A DNA stretch of 56,705 nt from Desulfobacteraceae bacterium (GCA_011390135.1 JAABSZ010000006.1:1-56705), one strand, 5' to 3'. Shown: positions 8,733 through 19,628, counted from the stretch's first letter. The notes: generated by a model not told the origin, from the letters alone. Translations and numbers: made by a program.

Positions 8733-9834
8733 TCAGCGGCTCTGCCTGGCCAGCAGCACATCCCGGATAAAGGAGTCGATACCGCCATCGAGTACGTCGT
8801 TGACATTTCCGACCTCCTTGTTGATCCGGTGATCCTTGACCATCTGGTACGGGTGCAGCACATAGGAGCGGATCTGGCTGCCCCAGGCGATATCATCCTT
8901 GCTGTCATGGATCTCCTGCATCTTCTCCTCCTGCATCTCCTTTTCCCGCTGGTAGAGCCGCGATTTCAAAACCTTCATGGCCATATCCCGGTTCCGGTGC
9001 TGGGATTTTTCCTGCTGGCACTGGACCACGATGCCGGAGGGCATATGCGTGATCCGGACCGCGCTGCTGGTCTTGTTGACGTGCTGGCCACCCGCGCCGC
9101 TGGCTCTGAAGACATCGATGCGGATATCCTTCTCGTCCACATCCACCAGGATCTCATTGTCCAGCTCCGGATAGACAAAGACCGAGGCAAAGGATGTGTG
9201 GCGTTTGCCGCTCGCGTTGAAGGGAGAGATCCGCACCAGCCGGTGAACCCCGTTTTCGGTCTTGAGATAGCCGAACGCGTTGGGGCCTTGGGCCGTGAAG
9301 GTGACGCTCTTGATGCCGGCTTCGTCGCCGGGCTGGTAGTCGATGATCTCGGATCTGTAGTCGTTGCGCTCCACCCATCGGGCATACATCCGGAAGAGCA
9401 TTTCGGCCCAGTCCTGAGCCTCGGTTCCCCCGGCCCCCGCATTGATGGAGATGATCGCGTTCCTGTCATCATCGGGGCCCGAGAGCATCAGATCCAGGGT
9501 GATCCGCTGCATCTGATCGTCGAGCGCATCCAACTGCTTTGCCACCTCTGAAAAGGTCTGCTCGTCCGACTCCTCGATGGCAAGATCGAGAAAGATCTCA
9601 CTCTCCTCCAGATCCTTTTTCAGGGACGCGAATGCCTCGACTTTGTCTATGAGCCGGGTCCGCTCTTTCAGCAGCGGGGCCGCGTCATCAGGATTGTCCC
9701 AGAAGTCGGATCTGCCGATCTGCTTTTCGATCTCTGCGAGACGGTTCTGTTTGGCCCCTAAGTCAAAGATAGCCCCTGAGGGTTTCGAGTTTCTCCTGCT
9801 GCTCCTTCAGGGTATTTTTCAGTTCAATGCTCAT
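8733..9834 (-). CDS. prfB: Peptide chain release factor 2 (programmed +1 frameshift)
   Basis: 23-codon first frame MSIELKNTLKEQQEKLETLRGYL, then CTT TGA C; the second frame has the SPF and GGQ motifs. Confidence 0.97.
9762..9777 (-). promoter_or_regulatory. prfB frameshift site with internal Shine-Dalgarno
   Basis: Minus strand AGGGGCTATCTTTGAC. Confidence 0.95.
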
Positions 9835-9879
9835 GGTCTCCTCCTTTTTCTAATTTTTTTAAATGGTTGGATCGAAATG

Positions 9880-11490
9880 CTACAGGATTGCGCTTTTCGA
9901 TTCGGGGCCTGCCGATTTTCTATAATAATTTACCATGCAGCCGACCCAGAAGGCAAGACCCGTGAAGAGACAGAGAGCGCCAAAGATGTCTCCGGTGCGC
10001 GCGTAGAGGGTCATCTCCCGGATCAGGGGGACTTTTCGGGTGGCCACAGCTTCGGTAAAGAGGTCCGTTGTCTGGTGGGGCAGGCCAGTGGGATCGATAA
10101 AGCCGGAGATACCGGTGTTGGCCGATCGGATCAGTGCTCTTCTCGTCTCGACCGCGCGGAAGACGGCCTGGGCAAAATGCTGATCGGGCGCGCTGGTCCG
10201 GCCGTACCAGGCATCGTTGGTGATGTTGACCAGAAGATCCGCGCCTGATCGGACCGCGGCCCGGGAGAGGTAGGGGAAGATGATCTCATAGCAGATCAGT
10301 ACCCCCAAGCGGTTCTCACCCAAGTGCAGGGTCTTTCCGGGGGTTCCCCGGTCAAAATCCCCGGCCGCGGCCACCAGCTTTTCGATAAAGGGCATATATT
10401 TCTGAAACGGCACATACTCCCCATAGGGGACCAGATGGGCCTTGTCATACCGGCCCGCGACCGTGCCATCGGGCAGGATCAGAAATGCGCTGTTGAAAAG
10501 GGATCTCTCATTTTCGTCTTCCCGCCGGAAAAATGGGCTTCCGGTGAGAAGGGAGATCTCCATTTCAAAGGCCGCATCGAGTACAAACCGGGTGTAGGGC
10601 TGGGAATAGCCGAAATAAAAGGGCGTGGCGGTCTCGGGCCAGACCACCAGATCCGGATTTTCGGCCGCGGCCGAACGGGTCAGGTCGATATATTTTTCCG
10701 TGGTGGCCCGCCGGAGGGCCGGGTCCCATTTGATCTCCTGGCTGATGTTGCCCTGCACCAGGGACGCGCGCAGGGAGGGGGCATCTTTCATGGCCGTCTC
10801 CGTCTTTTCGATCCGCCAGAGGCCGTAGCCTGCCAGAAGGCAGAGCCCGAGAAATGCTGCAGCAGATCCTCCGGCAACAAGTCGGCCCGAGACTTGAATC
10901 CCTTTCCAGGAGACCTTCTTCCACCAGAGCAGCAGCAGAAAGAGCGCGCCGTTTACCATGACGATCAGCCCGGAGAGCGCGTATGGCCCCAGTAGATCCG
11001 AGATCTGGATCAGCGGCAGTTGCCGGGATTGGGAATAGGCCAGAAGCCCCCAGGGAAAGCCCGAGAGCAGAAAGGAGCGGAGATACTCCAGCCCGGCCCA
11101 GAGGATCGGCATCAGGAGGAAAAGGGAGAGTGGCGATCGGCAGCGGCTGATGATCCCGCAGAAGAGGGCAGGATAGAGCGCGAGATACGCGCAGAGCAGA
11201 AAGAGAACCGGAACGGCCAGGAAGACCGGGAGATGGCCGAAGGTCATCATGGTGTAGACGATCCAGTAGATGAGGCTCAGGAAATGGGCGAGGCCCATGA
11301 CAAAGCCGGTGCGGAAAGCCTTTCCCCCGGACTGATCCCTGACGGCCCATAAGAGCGGAACCAGCGCAATCCATGCCAGAAACCAGAGACCGGTTCTGGG
11401 AAAGGCGCCGGTCAGCAGCAGACCGCCGGCAATTGCCGGGGCCAGCTCTTTGGCCTCGATCCCGAAGCGTTTGACAATTCTCTGAAGCAT
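9880..11490 (-). CDS. lnt: Apolipoprotein N-acyltransferase
   Basis: Multiple TM segments; VWPETA, YDKAHLVPYGEY and ICYE nitrilase triad; QGNI; TNDAWYG. Confidence 0.95.
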   Translation of the reverse strand: MLQRIVKRFGIEAKELAPAIAGGLLLTGAFPRTGLWFLAWIALVPLLWAVRDQSGGKAFRTGFVMGLAHFLSLIYWIVYTMMTFGHLPVFLAVPVLFLLCAYLALYPALFCGIISRCRSPLSLFLLMPILWAGLEYLRSFLLSGFPWGLLAYSQSRQLPLIQISDLLGPYALSGLIVMVNGALFLLLLWWKKVSWKGIQVSGRLVAGGSAAAFLGLCLLAGYGLWRIEKTETAMKDAPSLRASLVQGNISQEIKWDPALRRATTEKYIDLTRSAAAENPDLVVWPETATPFYFGYSQPYTRFVLDAAFEMEISLLTGSPFFRREDENERSLFNSAFLILPDGTVAGRYDKAHLVPYGEYVPFQKYMPFIEKLVAAAGDFDRGTPGKTLHLGENRLGVLICYEIIFPYLSRAAVRSGADLLVNITNDAWYGRTSAPDQHFAQAVFRAVETRRALIRSANTGISGFIDPTGLPHQTTDLFTEAVATRKVPLIREMTLYARTGDIFGALCLFTGLAFWVGCMVNYYRKSAGPESKSAIL

Positions 11491-11529
11491 CCGAATCCGC
11501 GTTTCGACTCTCTTCTATTTGATTTTCTT

Positions 11530-12180
11530 TTACAGGATCACGAACTTCTTGACGGTCCGGACGATCTCCTCGGGATCATCGATCACCTGGAGGATATCGA
11601 GATCATCGGCCGAGATCCGGCCATCCTGGATGAGCCGGTCTTTGACCCAGTCCATGAGCCCGCCCCAGAACTCGGAGCCGACCAGGATCAGGGGAAAGGG
11701 CTTGATCCGCCGGGTCTGGATCAGGGTCACGGCCTCGAAGAGTTCATCCAGGGTTCCGTATCCGCCCGGCATGATGATATAGGCATTGGCATACTTGACC
11801 AGCATCACCTTCCGGACAAAGAAGTACCGGAAGTCGAGCCGGATATTGGCATAGGGGTTGGGCTGCTGCTCAAAGGGGAGCATGATGTTGAGCCCCACCG
11901 ATTTTCCCCCGGCCTCGGCCGCGCCTTTGTTGGCCGCCTCCATGATGCCCCCGCCCCCGCCCGTGAGCACGCCGAAGCCGTTTTTGGCAAAAAGCGAGGC
12001 GATACGAACCGTTTTGACGTAGATGGGATCATCGGGCGTCATCCGGGCCGATCCAAAGATGCTCACGGCCGGCCCCACATCGTTCAAGGTCTCCACTCCC
12101 TGGACAAACTCTCCGATGATTCGGAACAGACGCCAGGATTCTCCCTGTTGAAACTCATCGATCACATACTGTTTTTCCAT
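11530..12180 (-). CDS. LOG family (TIGR00730) nucleotide phosphoribohydrolase
   Basis: FGSAR, GGGGGIMEA, FFVRK and PGGYGTLDE motifs. Confidence 0.92.
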   Translation of the reverse strand: MEKQYVIDEFQQGESWRLFRIIGEFVQGVETLNDVGPAVSIFGSARMTPDDPIYVKTVRIASLFAKNGFGVLTGGGGGIMEAANKGAAEAGGKSVGLNIMLPFEQQPNPYANIRLDFRYFFVRKVMLVKYANAYIIMPGGYGTLDELFEAVTLIQTRRIKPFPLILVGSEFWGGLMDWVKDRLIQDGRISADDLDILQVIDDPEEIVRTVKKFVIL

Positions 12181-12311
12181 TTTTTCTCTTCCGATTCCAT
12201 TTTTTCTCATCCGATTTTCCTTATCCGGTTTTCCTCATCCGGTTTTCCTGGTCCGGATGGCGCGTGCAATTTATCGGAAAGCGCCAAGGCTTTGGCTGCA
12301 AAATCCTGCTC

Positions 12312-12379
12312 TCTTTATCAGGAACAGGTGCGCTTGTCAATCTTTTCGGATTGACAGAAGGGAGCGTTATTGGTACAAA
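12312..12379. promoter_or_regulatory. Back-to-back sigma-70 promoters (LOG/lnt/prfB leftward; ptsH rightward)
   Basis: TTGACA at 12351-12356 + 17 bp + TACAAA with an extended TG; minus-strand TTGACA at 12340-12335 + 17 bp + TAAAGA. Confidence 0.55.
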
Positions 12380-12471
12380 AAGAGATTTCATGCACTTGTT
12401 GACATCTAAAGCCCCCAGGCGTGGCAGAAGAACGCAGAGGCAACGGGGCAGGACATTATAAAAAGGCAGGG

Positions 12472-12783
12472 ATGGCCATACCGGCATCGGTAATGAACGA
12501 CGGCAGAACGGAATTACTTGCAAAAGAGGTGACCATCACCAACGAGCTGGGTCTTCATGCCAGATCCGCGGCACAGATTGCCGGGATCGCCAGAGAGGGA
12601 AAGGGAGGCGTGTGGCTGATCAAAGAGGATATGGTCGTGGATGCCGCCAGCGTCATCGATATTCTGACCCTTGCCTGCGGACAGGGTTCCGGCATCACCG
12701 TCCGGGTGGACTGCCCTGAAGACCTGCCGGTGCTCGATCGGATCATGGCGCTTGTGGAGCAGAAGTTCGGAGAAGAGAATTAA
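12472..12783 (+). CDS. ptsH: Phosphocarrier protein HPr
   Basis: GLHARSAA (His15) and DAASVIDILTL (Ser46 region); start uncertain (12472 or 12493). Confidence 0.9.
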   Translation: MAIPASVMNDGRTELLAKEVTITNELGLHARSAAQIAGIAREGKGGVWLIKEDMVVDAASVIDILTLACGQGSGITVRVDCPEDLPVLDRIMALVEQKFGEEN

Positions 12784-14553
12784 ATGACAGTCAAGGAGCA
12801 GCAGGAGATCATCCTGAAGGGCATCGGCGCCTCCCCGGGCATCTGCATCGGCAAGGCCTATCTGGTGGACCGGGGGACCGTGGATGTCGTCAAGAAATAT
12901 ATCATCCGGAAAGAGGATCTGGAAAAGGAGAAGAACCGGTTCAAGGCATCGGTGCAGCGGGCCAAGGAGGAGCTTCATCAGATCATTGAAAAGACCCCTG
13001 AAGAGTACCGGGAGCATGCCAATATCCTCGAGACCCATGTGGTGCTGTTGAAGGACAAGATGCTCTATGGGAAGACCATCGAGACCATCGAAAGTGAGCG
13101 GGTCAATGCAGAGTGGGCCCTCCGGAAGGTGGTGGCCCGGCTCAAGGATATCTTCCGGGACATGGCCGACCCCTATTTCCGGGAGCGGGGTTCCGACATC
13201 GTTCATGTCTCCAACCGGATCATGAGAAATCTTTCGGGCGCAGATCATGTGAGCATCAAAGATATCGACAAGCGGGTGATCCTGGTGGCAGAGGATCTCT
13301 CCCCGGCCGATACGAGCCAGATCCAACTGGAGCGGGTAAAGGGATTTGTCACGGACGCGGGCGGCATGGCCTCCCACACCGGCATCATCGCCAGAACCCT
13401 GCAGATCCCCGCAGTTCTCGGCGCGGATCGGGCCACCAAAACCATCCGCAACGACGATCTTCTGGTGGTGGACGGAACAAACGGCCTGCTCATCATCCAC
13501 CCTTCGGAATCGACCCTCATCGAATATGAGGAGCGCCGGGCCCGCCACGAGATCCGGATCGCCAGCATCACCCGGGGCGCGGACGCGCCGGCCGTCACCA
13601 CCGACGGGGTCCGGGTGGAGGTGATGGGCAACATCGAGCTTCCTGAAGAGGTGGTCGCGGTTCGGGATTTCGGCGGGGACGGCATCGGCCTCTACAGGAG
13701 CGAATTCCAGTACCTGAGCCGCACCACCTTTCCCTCCGAAGATGATCTTTTCGACAAATATAAAGATGTTGTCGAGGTGATGGCCCCCCGACCCGTGGTG
13801 ATCCGGACCCTGGACATCAACGGAGACAAGGCCGTCTCCTATCTGTCGGTCGTAGATGAGGCCAATCCCGCGCTGGGGCTGCGGGCCATCCGGTACTGCC
13901 TGCAAAAGCCCGAGGTCTTCAAGGTTCAGCTCCGGGCAATCCTGCGGGCCGCGGCCTTTGGAAACGTCCGCATCCTGATCCCCATGATCTCCGACTATGA
14001 AGAGGTTGTCCAGGTGAAGCAACTGCTGGATGAATCGGCCATCGAACTGGAGCGGCGGGGGGTCCCCTACAGACGGGAGATCGATCTGGGGATTATGGTG
14101 GAGGTCCCGTCTGCGGTGGTGATGATCGATACCATAGCCAAGGCGGCCGATTTCTTCAGCATCGGCACGAATGACCTGGTGCAGTATGCCATGGCCATCG
14201 ACCGGCAGAACCGGCAGGTGGCCCATCTCTTCAATCCGCTCCATCCGGCCATCATCCGGATGGTCAAGCGGGTCTCGGATGTTGCCCGTGATGAGGGGGT
14301 GCGCCTGGCTATGTGCGGCGAGATGGCGGCCTATCCGCTCCATATCCCTGTGCTGCTGGGCTTGTGCATCGACGAGCTTAGCATGAACCCCCAGTCGATC
14401 CCACTGGTGAAGCGGGCCGTCCGGACTTTGAGCGCATCAGATACCCGATCATTTATGGAGAGCCTTCTCAAGCAGGTGAGGGCTTCGGATGTCAATGCGC
14501 TGCTCCGGGAGGCCTATGAGGAGCATATGACCCGGCACGTTCATACGGAATAG
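12784..14553 (+). CDS. ptsI: PEP-protein phosphotransferase (PTS enzyme I)
   Basis: GGMASHTGIIAR, GIGLYRSEF, NPALGLRAIR, SIGTNDL, CGEMA. Confidence 0.96.
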   Translation: MTVKEQQEIILKGIGASPGICIGKAYLVDRGTVDVVKKYIIRKEDLEKEKNRFKASVQRAKEELHQIIEKTPEEYREHANILETHVVLLKDKMLYGKTIETIESERVNAEWALRKVVARLKDIFRDMADPYFRERGSDIVHVSNRIMRNLSGADHVSIKDIDKRVILVAEDLSPADTSQIQLERVKGFVTDAGGMASHTGIIARTLQIPAVLGADRATKTIRNDDLLVVDGTNGLLIIHPSESTLIEYEERRARHEIRIASITRGADAPAVTTDGVRVEVMGNIELPEEVVAVRDFGGDGIGLYRSEFQYLSRTTFPSEDDLFDKYKDVVEVMAPRPVVIRTLDINGDKAVSYLSVVDEANPALGLRAIRYCLQKPEVFKVQLRAILRAAAFGNVRILIPMISDYEEVVQVKQLLDESAIELERRGVPYRREIDLGIMVEVPSAVVMIDTIAKAADFFSIGTNDLVQYAMAIDRQNRQVAHLFNPLHPAIIRMVKRVSDVARDEGVRLAMCGEMAAYPLHIPVLLGLCIDELSMNPQSIPLVKRAVRTLSASDTRSFMESLLKQVRASDVNALLREAYEEHMTRHVHTE

Positions 14554-14575
14554 GGTCGGAAAAGAGGAGGTTCTC

Positions 14576-15043
14576 ATGGCAAAAGCGCATGTCAAAAAAA
14601 TTGCGGAAAACCGAAAGGCCCGCTTCAACTACACCATCGAAGACGAGTTCGAGGCCGGCATCGTACTCCAGGGCACCGAGGTCAAATCCCTTCGACAGGG
14701 AAGGGCCAATCTGAAGGATTCCTATGCAAAGGTCCGGCAGGGCGAGATCTTTCTCCACCAGCTCCATATAAGCCCCTACACCCATGCCCACTATGACAAT
14801 CACGATCCCGAGCGGCCCAGAAAGCTGCTGCTTCACAATTACGAGATCAAGCGGCTCATCGGCAAGATCAACGAGCGGGGCTATACCCTGATTCCTTTGC
14901 GCCTCTATTTCAAGGAGGGGAAGGTGAAAGTCACGCTGGCACTGGGCAAGGGGAAGAAGACCGTGGACAAGCGGGAGACCATCCGCCAGCGGGATCAGAA
15001 TCGGGAGATGGATCGCATCCGCAAGAACATGAAGAATATGTAG
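14576..15043 (+). CDS. smpB: SsrA-binding protein
   Basis: NRKARFNY, EAGIVLQGTEVKSLR, RKLLLH, GKK..DKR. Confidence 0.97.
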   Translation: MAKAHVKKIAENRKARFNYTIEDEFEAGIVLQGTEVKSLRQGRANLKDSYAKVRQGEIFLHQLHISPYTHAHYDNHDPERPRKLLLHNYEIKRLIGKINERGYTLIPLRLYFKEGKVKVTLALGKGKKTVDKRETIRQRDQNREMDRIRKNMKNM

Positions 15044-15058
15044 CCGGAGCCGGAGACC

Positions 15059-16306
15059 ATGAATTTCATTGCTGTGATCATTCTGGTTGCGCTGCTGATC
15101 GACTACGGGCTCAACCTCGCGGCCGATCTGCTCAACCTCTCCCGGTTGGAGAAAAAACTTCCCCCGGAATATGCGGATATCTACGACCCGGACCGGTATG
15201 AAAAATCGCAAAAATATCTGAAGGTCAACACCCGGTTTGGCTGGGTGACAGGAACCTTCGATCTGCTGGTGGTGCTGATCTTCTGGTTTGCCGGCGGATT
15301 TGCGCTGCTGGATGTGTGGGTGCGGGGGCTGGGCCATGGGCCCGTGATTTCAGGCCTGATCTTCATCGGGGTTCTGGTCGCCTTCAAATCCCTCTTCTCC
15401 CTTCCCTTTGAGATCTATTCCACCTTTGTCATCGAGGAGCGGTTCGGCTTCAACCGCACGACCCCTTCCACCTTTGTGATGGACCGGGTAAAGGGAATTC
15501 TGCTGGGGATTCTGCTGGGTGGGCCTTTATTGGCCGCGATCCTCGGGTTTTTCGCCTATGCCGGCACTGGGGCCTGGCTCTACTGCTGGATTGCCGCGAC
15601 CCTCTACCTGCTGGGGGTACAGTATATCGCGCCCAACTGGATCATGCCGCTCTTCAACAAATACAAGCCTCTGGAAGAGGGGGAGCTGCGAATGGCCATC
15701 ATGGATTACTCGGCATCCCAGGATTTCTCCCTGACCAACGTCTTTGTGATCGACGGCTCCCGAAGGTCCGACAAGCCCAACGCCTTTTTCACAGGCTTTG
15801 GCCGGAACAAGCGGGTGGCCCTCTTTGACACGCTGATTTCGGAATTGAATGTGGCCGAACTGGTGGCCGTACTGGCCCACGAGATCGGCCACTACAAGAA
15901 GAAGCACATCCTTCAGTCACTGCTCATCGGCATACTCCACATGGGCGTCACCTTTTTTCTGCTGTCGCTCTTTCTCACCTATGAGCCGCTCTTCTTTGCG
16001 TTCTATGTGGATACGCCGTCGGTCTATGCGGGGCTGCTCTTCTTCGGGCTACTGCTGGCCCCCATCGATCTTTTCCTGGGGATCTTCATCTCCATGCTCT
16101 CCCGGAGAAACGAGCATGCTGCCGACCGGTTTGCGGTCCGCACCACAAAAACGCCCGGTGCAATGGCCAATGCCCTGAAAAAGCTCTCTTCCAAAAGCCT
16201 CTCCAACCTCTTCCCCCACCCCTTCTACGTCTTTTTGCACTATTCCCATCCGCCCCTGAGCCGGCGGCTGGCGCAGATCGAGGTCGAGGGCCGGAACCAG
16301 CGTTAG
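15059..16306 (+). CDS. Ste24-type M48 zinc metalloprotease
   Basis: HEIGH, NAFFTG, E..AD and YSHPP motifs; several TM segments. Confidence 0.93.
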   Translation: MNFIAVIILVALLIDYGLNLAADLLNLSRLEKKLPPEYADIYDPDRYEKSQKYLKVNTRFGWVTGTFDLLVVLIFWFAGGFALLDVWVRGLGHGPVISGLIFIGVLVAFKSLFSLPFEIYSTFVIEERFGFNRTTPSTFVMDRVKGILLGILLGGPLLAAILGFFAYAGTGAWLYCWIAATLYLLGVQYIAPNWIMPLFNKYKPLEEGELRMAIMDYSASQDFSLTNVFVIDGSRRSDKPNAFFTGFGRNKRVALFDTLISELNVAELVAVLAHEIGHYKKKHILQSLLIGILHMGVTFFLLSLFLTYEPLFFAFYVDTPSVYAGLLFFGLLLAPIDLFLGIFISMLSRRNEHAADRFAVRTTKTPGAMANALKKLSSKSLSNLFPHPFYVFLHYSHPPLSRRLAQIEVEGRNQR

Positions 16307-17046
16307 ATCCGGTGGCCCCCGTCCACCTCCATGACCCTGCCGTTGAAGAAGTCGCACTCGATGATAAAGCGGACCGCGTGTGAGATCTCGCTCATCTCGC
16401 CCAATCTGCCCACGGGGATCTGGGCGGTGATCTTGTCGATCACTGAGCTGTCGATCTTGGCCACCATCTCGGTGTTGATGTAGCCAGGTGCGATGGCTCC
16501 CACCCGGATGTTGTTTCGGGCGAGTTCCTTGGCCCAGGAGACTGTCATGGCCGCGACCCCGGCCTTGGAGGCTGAATAGTTGGTCTGGCCGAAGTTGCCG
16601 GCCCGGCTGATGGAGGAGATGTTGATGATCACGCCCTTGACCTCGTGATCCACCATCTGGGCTGCCGCCTCTCTGCCGCAGAGAAAGACCCCGGTGAGAT
16701 TGACATCGATCACCTTCTGCCAGGCCGACATGGAGAATTTTTTCATCTCCTCCCCTTTTTTCCGCACAAAGAGGCCGTCTGCGGTGATGCCCGCGTTATT
16801 GATCAGCACGTCTGGAGGGCCGTTCTTGTCGGTATATTCTTTGAAGAACGAAACCACCTGATTCTCGTCCGTCACATCCACCACCCTGCCTGAAATCCCC
16901 ATCTCCTTTTCCAGCTCATCGATGTTCTCCTGCAAGACATCGAGAACATAGGGTTTGGCCCCAATCTTCTGCATGTCCACGGCAAACTGTCTGCCCATCC
17001 CTCTTGCGCCGCCTGTGATAATGATCCGCTTGCCTTTGATCTCCAT
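16303..17046 (-). CDS. Short-chain dehydrogenase/reductase (FabG-like)
   Basis: TGGARGMG, NNAG, YSASK. Confidence 0.93.
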   Translation of the reverse strand: MEIKGKRIIITGGARGMGRQFAVDMQKIGAKPYVLDVLQENIDELEKEMGISGRVVDVTDENQVVSFFKEYTDKNGPPDVLINNAGITADGLFVRKKGEEMKKFSMSAWQKVIDVNLTGVFLCGREAAAQMVDHEVKGVIINISSISRAGNFGQTNYSASKAGVAAMTVSWAKELARNNIRVGAIAPGYINTEMVAKIDSSVIDKITAQIPVGRLGEMSEISHAVRFIIECDFFNGRVMEVDGGHRI

Positions 17047-17067
17047 TCCTTTTCTCCTTTCTGTAAG

Positions 17068-17994
17068 TCAGAGGTTATGGTCGCACTCTTCCTCGGGAAG
17101 CGCAGCCTCCTCAGGGTCCACATGAACGATGACATCAACCACATCTCCCCGGGCCGCGATGATCCGCTCCCGGACGTTCTCCGCGATATCGTGCCCCTCC
17201 ATCACACTGATCTTTCCATCTACGACAATATGCATGTCGACCATCAGTCCGCTGCTGAGATATCGGGTTCGGATGCGGTGGACTTGCTTGACAGGTTCTT
17301 CCCGGTTCGCAATCGATTTGATCCGCTCGCAGGTCTCTTTGGACGCGCCCGAGTCGACCAGTTCCCGAATCCCGGGCCAGACAATGCCGAAGGCCGAATA
17401 GATGATAAGAACCGAAACCAGAATCGCGCCAAGGCAATCGAGAAATGCCCACGAGGGGATGATGATCGCGCCGCCCACGGCCACCAGCGCGGGAATCGAA
17501 CTGAAGGCGTCCAGGCGATGATGCCAGGCATTGGCCAGCAGTGCGGGGCTTCGGATCTTCTGCCCCACCCGATAGGTCCACTGATAGAGGCTCTCTTTGC
17601 AGAGTACTGAAATGGCCGCGGCAAGGGCTGCCACAACACCGGGGGTGGTTTTTCTTCCCTGGAAGAGCATCTTGACAGATTCCCACCCGATGCCGATCCC
17701 GGCCGCCATCAGGACAAAGCCGATGAAGATGGTCACAACCGTCTCGATGCGCCGATGTCCGTATGGGTGATCCTGGTCCGCGGGCTTGTACCAGAAATAG
17801 GAGCCGACGATCACGGCAAGGTCCGTGGTGCTGTCGGAGAGGCTGTGAACCGCGTCGGCCGTAACCGCGTGGCTGGAACCGAGAACCCCGGCGACAAACT
17901 TGATGCCCGAGAGCAGCAGGTTGATGATCAGTCCGATCCAGGTGATCTTTCGGATCTTCTTTTCCTTCCCCTCATGGATCTGCCGGTTCTCCAT
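17068..17994 (-). CDS. Cation diffusion facilitator transporter
   Basis: ADAVHSLSD, HPYGH and WHHRLD metal sites; C-terminal dimerisation domain VHVDP. Confidence 0.93.
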   Translation of the reverse strand: MENRQIHEGKEKKIRKITWIGLIINLLLSGIKFVAGVLGSSHAVTADAVHSLSDSTTDLAVIVGSYFWYKPADQDHPYGHRRIETVVTIFIGFVLMAAGIGIGWESVKMLFQGRKTTPGVVAALAAAISVLCKESLYQWTYRVGQKIRSPALLANAWHHRLDAFSSIPALVAVGGAIIIPSWAFLDCLGAILVSVLIIYSAFGIVWPGIRELVDSGASKETCERIKSIANREEPVKQVHRIRTRYLSSGLMVDMHIVVDGKISVMEGHDIAENVRERIIAARGDVVDVIVHVDPEEAALPEEECDHNL

Positions 17995-18169
17995 CCGCTT
18001 TCTGTCGATCCTCTCTGCCGCTAGTGCCCCTTCTTACAACCCAGTCTCTGCGGGCTGAATTCCGTTCCGCCAGTATCCAAAGCGCCGATATACCGGTTTA
18101 GATGATATGAGAAAAAATCAAGATATGCAAATAGAAAACTCGAAGGGATGAAAAGATGTGGGGGATGAG

Positions 18170-18379
18170 TCATTCGGTTTTCAGGCGGCGGCGATTCTTG
18201 TCGCTCTTTGCCCATTGAACCGCCTCCCGGGTGACGCTGTTGAGTTCGCACTCATAGAGTTTATAGTAGTGGGGATCGATATTGATGATCTCCCATGCCC
18301 TCTCCTGGCAGTCGAAGACGCCGACGAGTCTGCCGCTGCCCTGATGATCATAGACCACATATAGCTTCATGCTTCTCAT
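18170..18379 (-). CDS. Small hypothetical protein
   Basis: 69-aa ORF directly downstream of the LysM gene, with plausible composition. Confidence 0.5.
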   Translation of the reverse strand: MRSMKLYVVYDHQGSGRLVGVFDCQERAWEIINIDPHYYKLYECELNSVTREAVQWAKSDKNRRRLKTE

Positions 18380-18408
18380 TCGGCGTCAAAGGGAAGAAGT
18401 CTGCTGCT

Positions 18409-19512
18409 TTACGGACTCCGGAAGTAATCGCCCGGGTGAACCGCTTTTCTCGATTGAGTTATCAGTACCGTGGCTGTGTTCGGCTCTGTATGGATAACGA
18501 GGAACTGCCCGTAAATCACCGGCGGCAGGGTCACTTCCTCATGGGTGAATTCATCGAGAACCGCCTTCTCCTGTGAGAAGATGTGATAGATCTGCCCCTT
18601 GGCGATGCCGTCCTTTTTGCCCTTGTCGATAAAGATGATGCTGTGTTCGCCCATGATCTCCTCTCCCTCTTCGGAGATGATGATCCGTCCCTCTATGTTC
18701 TCCGGGCTCTGTGCCCATTCGATCATGGGAGAGCGATCCTGATAGGGTATAAGCTTATGGCCGGTTCGTATCGTTCGAAAGGATCTGTTCACCCGTCCTA
18801 CCGAGAATTCCTCCTCCTTCTGAATGATTTCGATAACGCCGGTAAGATAGTGCTGATATCCGACCTTTCTCCCTGTAGGCTGGTCTATGACAGGGCCGAT
18901 CAGACGATAGACGCTGTAGTATTTTCCATCAACCAGATTGGTCATGCCCTGGGGTTTGATATAGACCATATCGCCTTTGGAGATCAGCTCATGGTCGCCG
19001 TAAACCTTGAAGATCTCGCCGTGGGGGGTGATGGGCTCGTCTCTGAGAAAGCCGACCTTGTTGATGGGGGGATAGTTGTATTCATTCTCTCTTCGGTTTC
19101 GATAGAGATCTCCCTCAAAAGTTTCGGGCCCCCCCGGTTCTATCTCAAGAGGGATCTCCTCCCGGGCCGGCGGGGTGTATTGTGGGCCTGAGGGCGGCGC
19201 TGTGGAGAAGACCGGTTCCATTCCGGCTTTTGGATAGATCCGGAGGCGCTGCCCCGGATAGATGAGATGGGGGTTGGTAATATCGGCCTGATTCCGCTCC
19301 CAGAGGGTGGGCCATCGCCAGGGGGAATCGAGAAAGCGCTGTGAGATGTCCCAGAGGGTATCTCCTTTCTGAACGGTGTAGTAATACTTGCCATTCTCTC
19401 CGGAGACCGGAAGCGGCTCCTGTGCCCGGACCCGCAGGGTGCAGAAGAGGAGAAACGTCAGGACAAAAAGCCACAGGACAATGATATTTCGATAATTTTT
19501 TGCCACCTGCAT
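18409..19512 (-). CDS. LysM peptidoglycan-binding protein (TsaP-like)
   Basis: Signal peptide; YTVQKGDTLWDIS...NPHLIYPGQRL; IFIDKG..DG. Confidence 0.9.
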   Translation of the reverse strand: MQVAKNYRNIIVLWLFVLTFLLFCTLRVRAQEPLPVSGENGKYYYTVQKGDTLWDISQRFLDSPWRWPTLWERNQADITNPHLIYPGQRLRIYPKAGMEPVFSTAPPSGPQYTPPAREEIPLEIEPGGPETFEGDLYRNRRENEYNYPPINKVGFLRDEPITPHGEIFKVYGDHELISKGDMVYIKPQGMTNLVDGKYYSVYRLIGPVIDQPTGRKVGYQHYLTGVIEIIQKEEEFSVGRVNRSFRTIRTGHKLIPYQDRSPMIEWAQSPENIEGRIIISEEGEEIMGEHSIIFIDKGKKDGIAKGQIYHIFSQEKAVLDEFTHEEVTLPPVIYGQFLVIHTEPNTATVLITQSRKAVHPGDYFRSP

Positions 19513-19628
19513 AAATCCTCCGCTGTTATGGATCGAAACGGTTCTCTATACGAAGAAGTACCCTTTTTATCGCTCTGTTGTCAAGCTTTTCGGGAGATGA
19601 GGCCGATGCAAAAAGCCTTTGTTGCGGT

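Noticed and set aside
14553-15060. tmRNA next to smpB
   Set aside because: smpB is tightly flanked by ptsI and the M48 peptidase, leaving no room and no tRNA-like ends.
18000-18170. Riboswitch or ncRNA upstream of the CDF transporter
   Set aside because: Some pairing potential, but no family consensus I can recognise; an Rfam/Infernal scan would be needed.
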